Virus record (IMG/VR): IMGVR_UViG_3300047409_000115
Location: 1 to 29,705 of that record
Reading direction: 5' to 3' (one strand)
Source: a virus
Taxonomy: Duplodnaviria > Caudoviricetes
DNA length: 29,705 bases
How positions within the stretch are numbered: position 1 is the stretch's first letter; each line of letters begins with the position of its first letter. The notes beneath the pieces are model-generated. The model saw only the letters and a program-made list of their open reading frames with translations, was not told the origin of the DNA and made no database searches. This document shows positions 16,291-25,198 of the stretch, piece by piece. The position numbers and the translations under genes are program-made.

Positions 16291-18852
16291 CTATGGCGCC
16301 GATGGCGCGGCGAGATTGATGCCCTCGGGCACGACGAGGTTCGAAACTGTGATGGCGTAGGCGCCGCTGAACGGGCCATTGCCGGCGCACGGACGAATGA
16401 GGAAAGCCCATTGCACCGGGTTGGCCTCCATCACGTACGGAGTGTTCAACGATGCGAGCGCCAGTTGCTCGCGCTCGATCCTCCACGCGGAATCGGCCGT
16501 GAAGCCTGCCACATTCGAGGTCGTGTTGCCCGAGACGATCTGCTCGCCCCCGAAAGCCTGAATGTACTTGAGCTGGACTGCAATAGCGAATGACGCCTCG
16601 ATAGCTGCGCGCTGTTTCGCCGCGTCGCCGCTGAACACGCCGCCGTCGCTGATGTCCTGCCACCGAAGCGGAAACTGGAGCCCGTCGTCGAACGCTTTGA
16701 ACGCAGGCGGGCTGTACGCGATGTCGTTGTTGCCCGTGGCGGTCGTCATCCCCTCGTAGAGCTGCCACCCCTTTTGAGCGTACCCCTCCTGCGCGTACAC
16801 GGGGGAGCCCGTGATTTCTACGATGCTGCCGCCGAGGCCGATCGCGCAGCCGATAGTTACGTGCCCGCGAAGCTCGCCCTTCGTTCCATCGCACTCGAAA
16901 CTGTAGGCAATGACCTTTCCGGTCGCAGCGCCGCCGGGGAGGCGCGGGTCGAACAGCGTTGCATTCTTGCGGCATGACAGCGTCGTCGCCAGATCGAATG
17001 ACGTGCTCCAATCCACCTTCACCGCGCGAGCCCGATAGCGCAGTCGGGCGCGTGCCCGGCAAATCAAATACTGAATCGCACGCTGCCCACGGGCCGTGGG
17101 GAAGAACGACCGCGCGACAACCGTGTCAGGCGTTCCGCCGATCGGGATGTTGAGGATCGGTGGATTGGTCCCGAGCACCGTCCACACAACCGTTCCATCC
17201 GTCACGTGGGAGCCGGGGCTCGTAACGTAGGCCGGAGGATCGATAGTCGAGATGATACGTGGCTCCGGTGTGGCCGCGTCATTGTTCCCGACAGGCGGAA
17301 TGTAACTGAACGTGCGATAGACTCCGTTCGTCGTGCCCGACGTCGTGCACAGATAGTAGACCGTCCGGCCGGGGATGTCCTCGAAGCTGCCCGACGCTTC
17401 ATTGAAGCTCTGATCCTGCAATAGCATGATCTGCCCGACTGGAGTTCCGGCGCCGGGAGACCATCGGGACGACATGGTCAAGCCGCTCGTGCCGAGGGAC
17501 GCCCACAGCACGGAGTTGTCCGCAGTCGTGATGCCCGGGATATCGCTGAACGTGGGCTCCGTGCTGCCTGCTGTGCCTGCTGTCACACAAATCTGATAGG
17601 CGAGGCCTCCCGGCTTCGTCGGATTGTTAGGCCAGATAATCTGTGCGAGAGGAACAGCGGTGTTCGCCAAACTGGTCCACGCGAGAATATTCAGGAGTGG
17701 TTTGCCGACGTCAACAGACGCGATCGTCAGCAGCTCCGTATTCTGATCGACAGTCGGAGCGGCCAAGACGCTCTGCACATTCGCGATCATGTCGAACGAG
17801 AGAAGTTCGGAATACTGGCGTGAGGAATCGTACCGCAGCGTCATGTCTGCGGAGATAAACCATTCAGGGACCACGATCCCGCTGACCGAGATCGTCATAG
17901 GCGTGTTCGTCGGCGGATCGGAGAACGGGTCACATATTCCGGTCGTGAACTTGCCGGTGAGCGGCGCCGTGAGCGCGTTCGGCGAGAGGAGCGCCGGGCC
18001 GGATGACTGGCTCGTCGCGCTCGCGTTTGAGCACTGCCCGGGGTTCGGGTCCGTGTTGGTCCAGTTGGACTGATAGCTCGTCTGCGGCGTCTGGGCGACG
18101 TGATAGATGTCGGTAGCGAAGCTGCTCTCGACTTTGTAGCCGCCACCGATGCCCGAGCCCGCCTGCGGCCATCCGCTGAAAAACGTCTCTCCCGTATAGC
18201 TGGCTACATTAACCTGCGGCACCGGGATGAAACCGGAGGAGCGCTGCTGCCAGCTCACCGAGGCCTCAACGCGAACGTTGACGAGCGGTGGCTCTCCGAG
18301 CGACAAGCCGACGCTGTCGTAGAGCGCCTCGTTCTCATCGAACGTGACAGTGCCGTCTTCGCCTTCGAGCACGTCGGAGGCCGTCGTCGCCAGCGTCAGG
18401 CGATCGACGTGCCAAAGCGCCGACCAACCTTCGAGCACGGAATCCGGATCGTCCCGGTGGCGATCGTCGAGCCAGATCGGATCGTAATACGGCGCGACCC
18501 TCATCGTCTCCGCGACGGCCTGCTTGTCCGCGATGAACGTGGGGCTGCGCGCGATGAACTTGAGTGTGATGGTTTCCTTGAACAGGTTCGTCGGCACGCC
18601 GACGAGCACGCCGAAGAACAGCGGCACGAGGCCGACGTTCGGTTTCTGCCAACCAAGCCATGCCCACACCTTGCGGCTCGGGAGGAGAAGGCCGACGCGC
18701 GGATTTCGGATCGAGAGGTCCAGCGTCGGGACCTGACCTTCCTCGTGCTGCACGGTGAACGACAACACCTCCTCGTCGAACACATTCATCGTGCTCGTGT
18801 TGAAGGTGCGGTCGCTCTCGTTGACCCATGCGAATGTAAATGGAAGTGTCAC
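16291..18852 (-). CDS. Large tail tip/hub protein
   Basis: Position after the distal-tail-like gene. PLFFGVLVGVP N-terminal motif. Inserted C..AGT/TDGTVVW fibre-type repeats. Confidence 0.75.
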   Translation of the reverse strand: MTLPFTFAWVNESDRTFNTSTMNVFDEEVLSFTVQHEEGQVPTLDLSIRNPRVGLLLPSRKVWAWLGWQKPNVGLVPLFFGVLVGVPTNLFKETITLKFIARSPTFIADKQAVAETMRVAPYYDPIWLDDRHRDDPDSVLEGWSALWHVDRLTLATTASDVLEGEDGTVTFDENEALYDSVGLSLGEPPLVNVRVEASVSWQQRSSGFIPVPQVNVASYTGETFFSGWPQAGSGIGGGYKVESSFATDIYHVAQTPQTSYQSNWTNTDPNPGQCSNASATSQSSGPALLSPNALTAPLTGKFTTGICDPFSDPPTNTPMTISVSGIVVPEWFISADMTLRYDSSRQYSELLSFDMIANVQSVLAAPTVDQNTELLTIASVDVGKPLLNILAWTSLANTAVPLAQIIWPNNPTKPGGLAYQICVTAGTAGSTEPTFSDIPGITTADNSVLWASLGTSGLTMSSRWSPGAGTPVGQIMLLQDQSFNEASGSFEDIPGRTVYYLCTTSGTTNGVYRTFSYIPPVGNNDAATPEPRIISTIDPPAYVTSPGSHVTDGTVVWTVLGTNPPILNIPIGGTPDTVVARSFFPTARGQRAIQYLICRARARLRYRARAVKVDWSTSFDLATTLSCRKNATLFDPRLPGGAATGKVIAYSFECDGTKGELRGHVTIGCAIGLGGSIVEITGSPVYAQEGYAQKGWQLYEGMTTATGNNDIAYSPPAFKAFDDGLQFPLRWQDISDGGVFSGDAAKQRAAIEASFAIAVQLKYIQAFGGEQIVSGNTTSNVAGFTADSAWRIEREQLALASLNTPYVMEANPVQWAFLIRPCAGNGPFSGAYAITVSNLVVPEGINLAAPSAP

Positions 18853-19307
18853 TTGAGCCTCTTCGCTTGCCCACTGTTGAAGACAATATACTCGGGAGGG
18901 TTCACCGAGTTGCCTTGAAAGATGACGCCGTCATGCTGTGGGGTGAGTTTCGAAAGTGCGGCGCGCTTGGCATCGCCGAATGACAGGCCGCGCCGCTGGC
19001 CATTCTTGATCGCCTTCGTGATATCGAGCGGGTTCGTCATTGTCAACTGGGCAGAGATGATTTGCTGCCGCACGCCGCCACCCAAAGTCCGAGCCCTGCG
19101 CGAGGCGTAGTTCGATGCGGACATCTGATCACCCGAGAAATAGATGCCCTTGATGTCAGTCCCGACCGGGGTCACCGGAACGTTCGGCTTGAGATCGCCC
19201 TCGATCTGCCCGGCCGTGCCGTGATAGCCCACGCCGGTCCACCCCTGCGGAAGCGCGGCGATGCCCTCGCCGTGCGCGTTGCTGCCGTGTCCCTTCGCGT
19301 CCTTCAT
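18849..19307 (-). CDS. ADP-ribosyltransferase (H-Y-E clade, ART-PolyVal-like)
   Basis: YHGT, GIYFS, SNYA, NPL, HDGVIF and EYIVF..Q motifs. Confidence 0.8.
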   Translation of the reverse strand: MKDAKGHGSNAHGEGIAALPQGWTGVGYHGTAGQIEGDLKPNVPVTPVGTDIKGIYFSGDQMSASNYASRRARTLGGGVRQQIISAQLTMTNPLDITKAIKNGQRRGLSFGDAKRAALSKLTPQHDGVIFQGNSVNPPEYIVFNSGQAKRLK

Positions 19308-19771
19308 CAGACCTCCTCCAGCTCAAGGCTCCAGCCGACGACGTTCTTCCACTCGTCGAACGATGTGGAGAGCGACTTGACGAGCATGATCAGCTCGGGC
19401 CGATAGAAGGTATACGCGCCCTCGGTGAACGTAGAGCCCGAGACCGCCGGCCGATGCGGCAAGCCGGGCGTGCCTGTCAGGAACGCGAACCCGACCGCGC
19501 ACTGCACGGTGACTTCCTGACCCGGGTAGACGTTGTCGATCGGGGGCGCATTGACATCACTCGGGGAGTTGATCTTCGAGCTGTACTTGCGAAACTGCGC
19601 GGCCGAAAGGTCGATGAGTGTCCCATTGATCGTGCGCTCCAGTTGCGTCGCGGCTCCGATCACTTCAAGCGTCTGCGTCAGGCCGCGTGCCTGATACAGC
19701 ATGTTCCCGAACGAGGAGATCGTCAGGAGCGTGTCAGCGTTCGCCGGGAGCAGGTTTTCAAACTGTGGCAT
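19307..19771 (-). CDS. Distal-tail-like protein
   Basis: Immediately after the tape measure gene. ARGLTQTL, RTING.LIDLS..QFRKY.S and WSLELEEV motifs. Confidence 0.75.
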   Translation of the reverse strand: MPQFENLLPANADTLLTISSFGNMLYQARGLTQTLEVIGAATQLERTINGTLIDLSAAQFRKYSSKINSPSDVNAPPIDNVYPGQEVTVQCAVGFAFLTGTPGLPHRPAVSGSTFTEGAYTFYRPELIMLVKSLSTSFDEWKNVVGWSLELEEV

Positions 19772-19772
19772 T

Positions 19773-22091
19773 TCACTTCACCCATGACGGCTGATTGCCC
19801 GCCGCCGATGTCTGGCGCGAGATCGCGAAGCTGGAGAGAGCGTCGATCGTGCTCTTCGGCCCACGCAAGCCACTGAACGTCCTGTCACCGATGGTCAGGT
19901 TGAGAGTGCTGGACGCTGGCGTTGGGCCGGAGCCGCCTCCGCCGAGGCGTGCGGGAGACGGCACGAGGCCGCCCTCCGCGAAGCCCGGGAAGGTCAGGTT
20001 ATTGATCGAATGCATGAAGCCTTCGCCGAAGTGCTGCACGGCTGCTGTCCTCATCATGAACTCGCCATTCGACGCTGCGATAGGAACGCTGTCGCTCGTG
20101 CCGGAGCCCGGTCCCCGAATCGGGCCGCCTCCAGCGTGCCCCGCGACCGGCGCTTCGTGGCCTCCCCCAGTCTCGGGCGTCGGGGTCGCCGGGCCGCCCG
20201 GGAGCTTGAACGACGTCGCTTGATCGATGAGCAACAGACCCTTGGCGATCTTTAGAATGATATCGAGGACCGCAGTGAAGAACACGATGACCGAGTTGTC
20301 TTTGATGCGCTCCCACGCGTGAGAGAACGCGGCCGTGACCGCGTCCCAGTTATCGCGCAATGATCCGATCGCAACGATGATCAGACCGATGGCTACACCC
20401 CAAGCCGCAATCGGGCCGAGCGCGACAGTGATCGCCACGCCGATGCCGATGAACGCGGCCTTGATCAGATCAAGCCCGGTAAGGAACGTCAGATTGAAAG
20501 TCAGAAGGCTCGAAACCTTCGTGATCAGGTTGTCGATAACTCCGACAGTCAGAACGATGGCGTCCTTGACCGCGATCAAACCATCAATGAAGTTGTGCAG
20601 AACTCCGTTGTTACTCTGGAGACTGGTTTCGAGGCCGCGCAAAAAGGTGGTGAACGCCGGGGATACGGCGATAGCGAACCGCTGCGACAGCACGCTGATT
20701 TCGAGATTGAGGCCGGCGAGCGCGCCCCGGAATCCCTCGATCGCCTCTTTTGCCTCGTGCGTATCGAGCGACTTCGCCACGCCGCTGAAGTGTTCCAGCT
20801 CCTTGGTGTTGTGCTCCAGCACGTGGAGGATTTCGGACGCGGAAGCTCCGAGAGCCTGCATCGAAGTGCCGGCGAGCGTGTTCACGAGAGCGAGCTTTTG
20901 CTCTTCTGTGATCTGATCCGCCGTCGCGGCCGAAAGCGTCTTGCTCAGTTGGATCAAGGTCTCATAGCCAGTAGGCGTCGTGGCCTTGGAATGCTCCGCC
21001 GCTTGCGCGATGATAGCATCCTTCAGGTTCTTGACAGACACCTCGGTCAGATCGATGGTGGTCTTGACGCCTTTGTTACCCTTGACAACCTCGTCCAGCA
21101 CGTCGCGGATGCTGGCGATGTTGGTGAGCGCCAGCCGGTTCGCGCGCTGCTCTGCCTCGCCGCGTGCGACGATGGCTTCCTTAAGCGCGAGTTCATCCTT
21201 CGCACGCTGCTCGATATCGTCCCGCGCCTGCTTCGCCGCCTTGCGCCGGAGGTCGTCGAACTCCTGCTCTAGCTGGCGCCGCTTGAGTTCGGCTCCGGCG
21301 GCCTTCTCCTGTTGAGCAAGCCGCGCCTCTTGCTCGGATCGACGAGCCTGATCTAGCGACTGTTGCGCCTGCGCGATTTCGAGGTTCTTCTTTTCCGCCT
21401 CCGATGGCGGGCGGCCCTCCAGTGTCGCAAGCCGCTGCTGCGCAGCCTCCACGCTGAGCGCGGCTCCCACGACAGCCTGAAATGCGGCTTGCTGCTCAAG
21501 CGCGGCATGCTGCGCGGCGGTCTGGAGCTTCAGGTACGCGGCCTCGATCGCATTGTTGGCACGGATCGATCGGGACGAGGCCTCGTCGGCGTTATCGCCG
21601 ATGCGGCGCTGTGCGTCGATGATCTTCAGGCCTGCGGCCGTGACGCGCAACTGGGCCGCTTCATTCTGGTTTGCATACTCGCGGATGCTTCGGGTGATCT
21701 CCGGCCACTCGCGGGCAACAGTGATCGTGAGCCGGTTCGCGAACCGTTCAAACTGCTCAACCTTGACGCCGGCCCCAGCGAAGACCCGTTCCAGCTCTTG
21801 GATTTGCCCGGCCGTTGTGCCGAACGCCTGCGCGAGCAAGACCGTTCGCTGTGAAAGCTCAGTCTGCTTCTCAACGAAATCGATCAGCGCCGCCGCCGCC
21901 CCGGAGATCGCAAGCTCGAAAGCGAGAAACGCTTGAGTTGCGAGGTTCGTGCCGGTGACGCCATGCTCGAAAGCCGTGTTCAGTTTCTCTAGCGATTCGG
22001 CCCCTTCGGTGCCGATCCGCTTCATCTTGGCGAGAAACTCGGTATCGCCTTTGAGCAGGACTTCTGCGATGAGCGGGTCAAGCTCTGCCAT
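19773..22091 (-). CDS. Tape measure protein
   Basis: 772 aa, Ala/Gln-rich coiled coil, hydrophobic segments, C-terminal GGPIRGPGSGTSDSVP..SNGEF motif. Confidence 0.9.
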   Translation of the reverse strand: MAELDPLIAEVLLKGDTEFLAKMKRIGTEGAESLEKLNTAFEHGVTGTNLATQAFLAFELAISGAAAALIDFVEKQTELSQRTVLLAQAFGTTAGQIQELERVFAGAGVKVEQFERFANRLTITVAREWPEITRSIREYANQNEAAQLRVTAAGLKIIDAQRRIGDNADEASSRSIRANNAIEAAYLKLQTAAQHAALEQQAAFQAVVGAALSVEAAQQRLATLEGRPPSEAEKKNLEIAQAQQSLDQARRSEQEARLAQQEKAAGAELKRRQLEQEFDDLRRKAAKQARDDIEQRAKDELALKEAIVARGEAEQRANRLALTNIASIRDVLDEVVKGNKGVKTTIDLTEVSVKNLKDAIIAQAAEHSKATTPTGYETLIQLSKTLSAATADQITEEQKLALVNTLAGTSMQALGASASEILHVLEHNTKELEHFSGVAKSLDTHEAKEAIEGFRGALAGLNLEISVLSQRFAIAVSPAFTTFLRGLETSLQSNNGVLHNFIDGLIAVKDAIVLTVGVIDNLITKVSSLLTFNLTFLTGLDLIKAAFIGIGVAITVALGPIAAWGVAIGLIIVAIGSLRDNWDAVTAAFSHAWERIKDNSVIVFFTAVLDIILKIAKGLLLIDQATSFKLPGGPATPTPETGGGHEAPVAGHAGGGPIRGPGSGTSDSVPIAASNGEFMMRTAAVQHFGEGFMHSINNLTFPGFAEGGLVPSPARLGGGGSGPTPASSTLNLTIGDRTFSGLRGPKSTIDALSSFAISRQTSAAGNQPSWVK

Positions 22092-22094
22092 TTT

Positions 22095-22622
22095 TTACTT
22101 AGCCCTCAGTGCGGTGTTGAAGTAAGTGGCGAAGTTCTGCATGACGCGGAGTTGAATCTCCGAGAGGTGGAACTTCTTCGGAATGTGAACGCTGGGGACG
22201 CCGAAGTATTTAGGCGCGTGATCCGCGACGGAGAACAGAAGCGGAGGGCCGCCGGCCTTGCGGTTGACCGAGAACAGTTTGTGCGGATAGTCGTGTGCGC
22301 GCGTGCCGACCGCGTCCGTCCCGGAGATCGGAAGCCATAGGAGCGGCTTGCCGTGGATCGTGCCGCCGGTCTGAAACACGCTGGCGCCGGGCGACGTGAG
22401 CTGCGTCTTGATCGAGTTGCCTTCGACCTTGACCGTCAGGCCCTTCAGGTACGAACTGCCGAACCGGCCCGCCGACGCGATGTCCGTCCGCGATTGATCC
22501 AAGATCATGGAGGCGGCCATGTTCTTGGCAGTGTTGAATGCACTTTGAAGATCAGAGCCGAACTCGTCGAGCCCGGCCTGAAACTCCTTCGTGTTGAGCT
22601 TGATCGAGAACTCAAGCGCCAT
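22095..22622 (-). CDS. Virion morphogenesis / tail-completion-like protein (start reassigned to ATG 22622)
   Basis: VFQTGGTIHGKPLLWLP motif. TGATG overlap with the stop of the frameshifted chaperone. Confidence 0.6.
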   Translation of the reverse strand: MALEFSIKLNTKEFQAGLDEFGSDLQSAFNTAKNMAASMILDQSRTDIASAGRFGSSYLKGLTVKVEGNSIKTQLTSPGASVFQTGGTIHGKPLLWLPISGTDAVGTRAHDYPHKLFSVNRKAGGPPLLFSVADHAPKYFGVPSVHIPKKFHLSEIQLRVMQNFATYFNTALRAK

Positions 22623-23247
22623 CAGTCCATGTCCTTTTCCCACGTCTCAAGCTGCTTGTTGATCTCTTTGCCATCACCGCAATTAGCGAGCGCTGTCACC
22701 GAGAGCTGCCGATGCATCTCGCGCGAGCGACGCTTCGATGCAAGGAACTGAAATGCAGACATCTGCCGAGGGGTATAGTCCAAGACTACTGAGGGAGGGT
22801 GTCCGGAGGCGATGAGTTCCTCGATTGCTGCGGCGATTTCATATCCGGCACCCTTGTGTAGTTTGCGGAGCTGGCTACGTCGCCGAGGGCCATGATCCTC
22901 TGGACGAAAGGGGCGAACCCTTTCGGGAAGGTCAGCCTCCCAACTGCTTCGAGGATGTCAAATTGCGTCTCGACACCGAGCCGGCTCGCGGCTTCCTCGG
23001 CAACCTCGTTTCCAAGATTGCCGGTGGATGCAGCAATGATCGCGGCCGTCGCGTCCGGCGCGACGCTCAAGAAGGCCTTGAGGTCGAAGCCCTGCCCGAC
23101 GAACCCGAGCATTTTCGGAAAGCGCTGAAAGATTTCGAAACCGAGCTTGGCGGAGATGCCGTGAACGCGGAGGAAGCTGTCCCCGAGCGGCACGTCTTCG
23201 AACATCGGGGCGAGGTCAGTCAGATTGAGGCCGGGCTGTTTACTCAT
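22622..23247 (-). CDS. Tail assembly chaperone GT (predicted -1 frameshift product, ~208 aa)
   Basis: In-frame slippery heptamer C CCT TTC (plus strand 22906-22912). The -1 frame is open for 94 codons (...ASGHPPSVVLDYTPRQ...) to a TGA at 22622. Confidence 0.7.
22786..23247 (-). CDS. Tail assembly chaperone G
   Basis: Lies between tail tube and tape measure. AAGGA RBS. TFPKGFAPF motif at the slip site. Confidence 0.8.
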   Translation of the reverse strand: MSKQPGLNLTDLAPMFEDVPLGDSFLRVHGISAKLGFEIFQRFPKMLGFVGQGFDLKAFLSVAPDATAAIIAASTGNLGNEVAEEAASRLGVETQFDILEAVGRLTFPKGFAPFVQRIMALGDVASSANYTRVPDMKSPQQSRNSSPPDTLPQ

Positions 23248-23296
23248 GATGATTTGGTTTCCTTATCAGTGGGGGACTTCTGATAGCGGGGGCGGA

Positions 23297-23614
23297 TCAG
23301 CCCGCGCGTGGGTGCGGAGGCGGGCCGGCCGGGATGCCCCGGAGGGCGTTCGGATTGGGCACGTCGTGGTAGGAGGTGGGCTCGTCGATAAAGTCGGCGG
23401 CGTTCCATTCGGCCGCCAAGGCTTCCGCCTCAGCGTCTACCGTATCGTCGCCGTCCACGCCTGTCTCCCCGGGGGCTCCTACAGGTCCCACGAGGCCTTC
23501 CGGAGGCTCAGGATTGGTCGGGGTCTCCGGGGTTGCAACGCCCTCGGGCGTCTGCGCGGGCTCACCCACGGCTGCGGCTACGTCGGCGGGGGTCTGTTCG
23601 GCTTGATCGGTCAT
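23297..23614 (-). CDS. Acidic Pro/Ala-rich protein with a short G-X-Y run
   Basis: GAAGGG RBS. GLVGPVGAPGETGVDGDD. Fills the gap between tube and chaperone. Confidence 0.6.
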   Translation of the reverse strand: MTDQAEQTPADVAAAVGEPAQTPEGVATPETPTNPEPPEGLVGPVGAPGETGVDGDDTVDAEAEALAAEWNAADFIDEPTSYHDVPNPNALRGIPAGPPPHPRAG

Positions 23615-23654
23615 GGGGGATATCCCTTCGAGGGCGGGGTGTGACTGAAACCAT

Positions 23655-23700
23655 TAAAGCCCGGGCCTGATTTGCTGGGTGCAAAAACAGGCCCGAGGCT
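23655..23700 (-). terminator. Hairpin after the tail tube gene (probable leaky terminator)
   Basis: Minus strand AGCCTCGGGCCTG...CAGGCCCGGGCT followed by TTAAT. Confidence 0.45.
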
Positions 23701-23703
23701 GAT

Positions 23704-24267
23704 TTACGGAGAGTTGGGCAGCGACACGGTCGCGGTGCCGAAGGCCCCGCTGTCGTGGTCGAAAAGCACGTCGCCTTCGAGATCGATGGTACCCCACTGA
23801 TTGCCGATCAGCGACAGGGCCTTCGAGGGCGACAGCTTCACCAGCGGGAAGGTGACCGTCCAGATCGGGCCGATGTCGTTCGTACCCACGAACTTGACGG
23901 ACGCGTAAATGACCGGGTTCGCGAAAACCTCGATCGTGTCCGGCACTGGCGACGGGCCGCCGCTCGGGAGGCCGAGCAGAGCGAAGCCCATATTGCGCGC
24001 GGTGTACTCCTCCATCTGCATGGTGAGCGTGCCGGCGAGTTCGGTGACGGCCGTGAAGTCCTTGATCCGAACGCCGGTCCGGCTCGAAAAGTGATCGAGC
24101 TGCGTGACCTTGGCGAGGAACTCGAATTGCGGGACGTTGCCCGCATCGACGTAGGCGCTCTCACCGAGAATCTTGGTGCTGACGATGCCCTTGCCGATGT
24201 AGTAGTTGCCGATGTTGGGGGAGAGCAGCGAGCCCTCAACGTGCTGATTGGTGAATCCGTTGGGCAT
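23704..24267 (-). CDS. Major tail tube protein (start reassigned to ATG 24267)
   Basis: NYYIGKG, GNVPQF, DHFSSR.G..KD and FVGTNDIGP motifs. AAGGGAG RBS. Confidence 0.85.
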   Translation of the reverse strand: MPNGFTNQHVEGSLLSPNIGNYYIGKGIVSTKILGESAYVDAGNVPQFEFLAKVTQLDHFSSRTGVRIKDFTAVTELAGTLTMQMEEYTARNMGFALLGLPSGGPSPVPDTIEVFANPVIYASVKFVGTNDIGPIWTVTFPLVKLSPSKALSLIGNQWGTIDLEGDVLFDHDSGAFGTATVSLPNSP

Positions 24268-24278
24268 GTATCTCTCCC

Positions 24279-24782
24279 TTAAGTCGCTACGAGTTCGTCC
24301 GGAATAAACGGGTAGGAGAACGTGAAGACCAAACCCATCTGTCCCTTCATGTGACGGTTGCGAGCCAGATCGGTCACGCACGCGTCGAACGTAATTCCGC
24401 CACTCGATCCGCAGATCGTATCGAGGGTCTCATCGTGCGTGACCGCGTAAACGACCCTCGCACGAGCAGTGTTCAAATCCTCGCCCACAAGCGTATTATG
24501 CGGCTTGCGGTTGTCGAGAACGATGTAGACCTCTGGCGTCATCTTCATCATGCCGGGGCCGGAGCGCATGGCCCGCCCCGTCCTGTCGGGGAAAGCCGGG
24601 TCGCGCATCTCGTCGCCGTCCAGAAGAATGATACCCGGAAGCAACTCGTCCGGAAGCTCCTCGCGATTGTGCTCGAAGTGATCCGGCGGAATTACTCCCG
24701 TCGAAATTTCGATGGCAAGAGAGGGGAGCAGCTCCGCCAGCCTTGCCAGAATTAGACTCCGTCGATCTGCCCTAACGCTCAT
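24279..24782 (-). CDS. Tail terminator-like protein
   Basis: Directly before the tail tube. LPGIILLDGDE motif. ATGA overlap. Confidence 0.65.
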   Translation of the reverse strand: MSVRADRRSLILARLAELLPSLAIEISTGVIPPDHFEHNREELPDELLPGIILLDGDEMRDPAFPDRTGRAMRSGPGMMKMTPEVYIVLDNRKPHNTLVGEDLNTARARVVYAVTHDETLDTICGSSGGITFDACVTDLARNRHMKGQMGLVFTFSYPFIPDELVAT

Positions 24783-25156
24783 CTGCGCACCGTAAATTCC
24801 CAGAGAACAATCACCCCGGCCGGCGCTGTCTGCTTAGGCTTGCAAGTCAGCGGAAGAACCTCATGAACAACCGGCGGGTCCGTTGGGGGCTGGACGAATG
24901 TCACCAATTGGTCTTTCTCGTTGTCAGGCGGCATCAGTTGCACTTCCGAGTTCGCCGCCGACATGATGACCTTGCGGTCGATCAGATTGACGAGTTCGGT
25001 AGGCTTCTCACGCGGGCCGTAATCGATAATCACGACCCTACAGGGCCGGTCTACCGGGCTACTTCCCGCACGACGGAGGACGGCGTTCATTCCGAAATAC
25101 TGAATAAGCTCGTCGGCATCCTTGATCGCCTGAATGTAATCGAATTTCGCGGCCAT
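24779..25156 (-). CDS. Head closure/stopper protein (start reassigned to ATG 25156)
   Basis: Follows the adaptor. A.ELIQYFG..AVLRR and PAG..VLW motifs. Confidence 0.7.
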   Translation of the reverse strand: MAAKFDYIQAIKDADELIQYFGMNAVLRRAGSSPVDRPCRVVIIDYGPREKPTELVNLIDRKVIMSAANSEVQLMPPDNEKDQLVTFVQPPTDPPVVHEVLPLTCKPKQTAPAGVIVLWEFTVRR

Positions 25157-25198
25157 TCTAAGATATCCACCTATGAGGAACAACTGGCCATTTCAGGC

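Noticed and set aside
16277-17062. 340-aa ORF 16040..17062 as a full gene
   Set aside because: The upstream portion overlaps the hub gene out of frame. An RBS supports a start at 16276.
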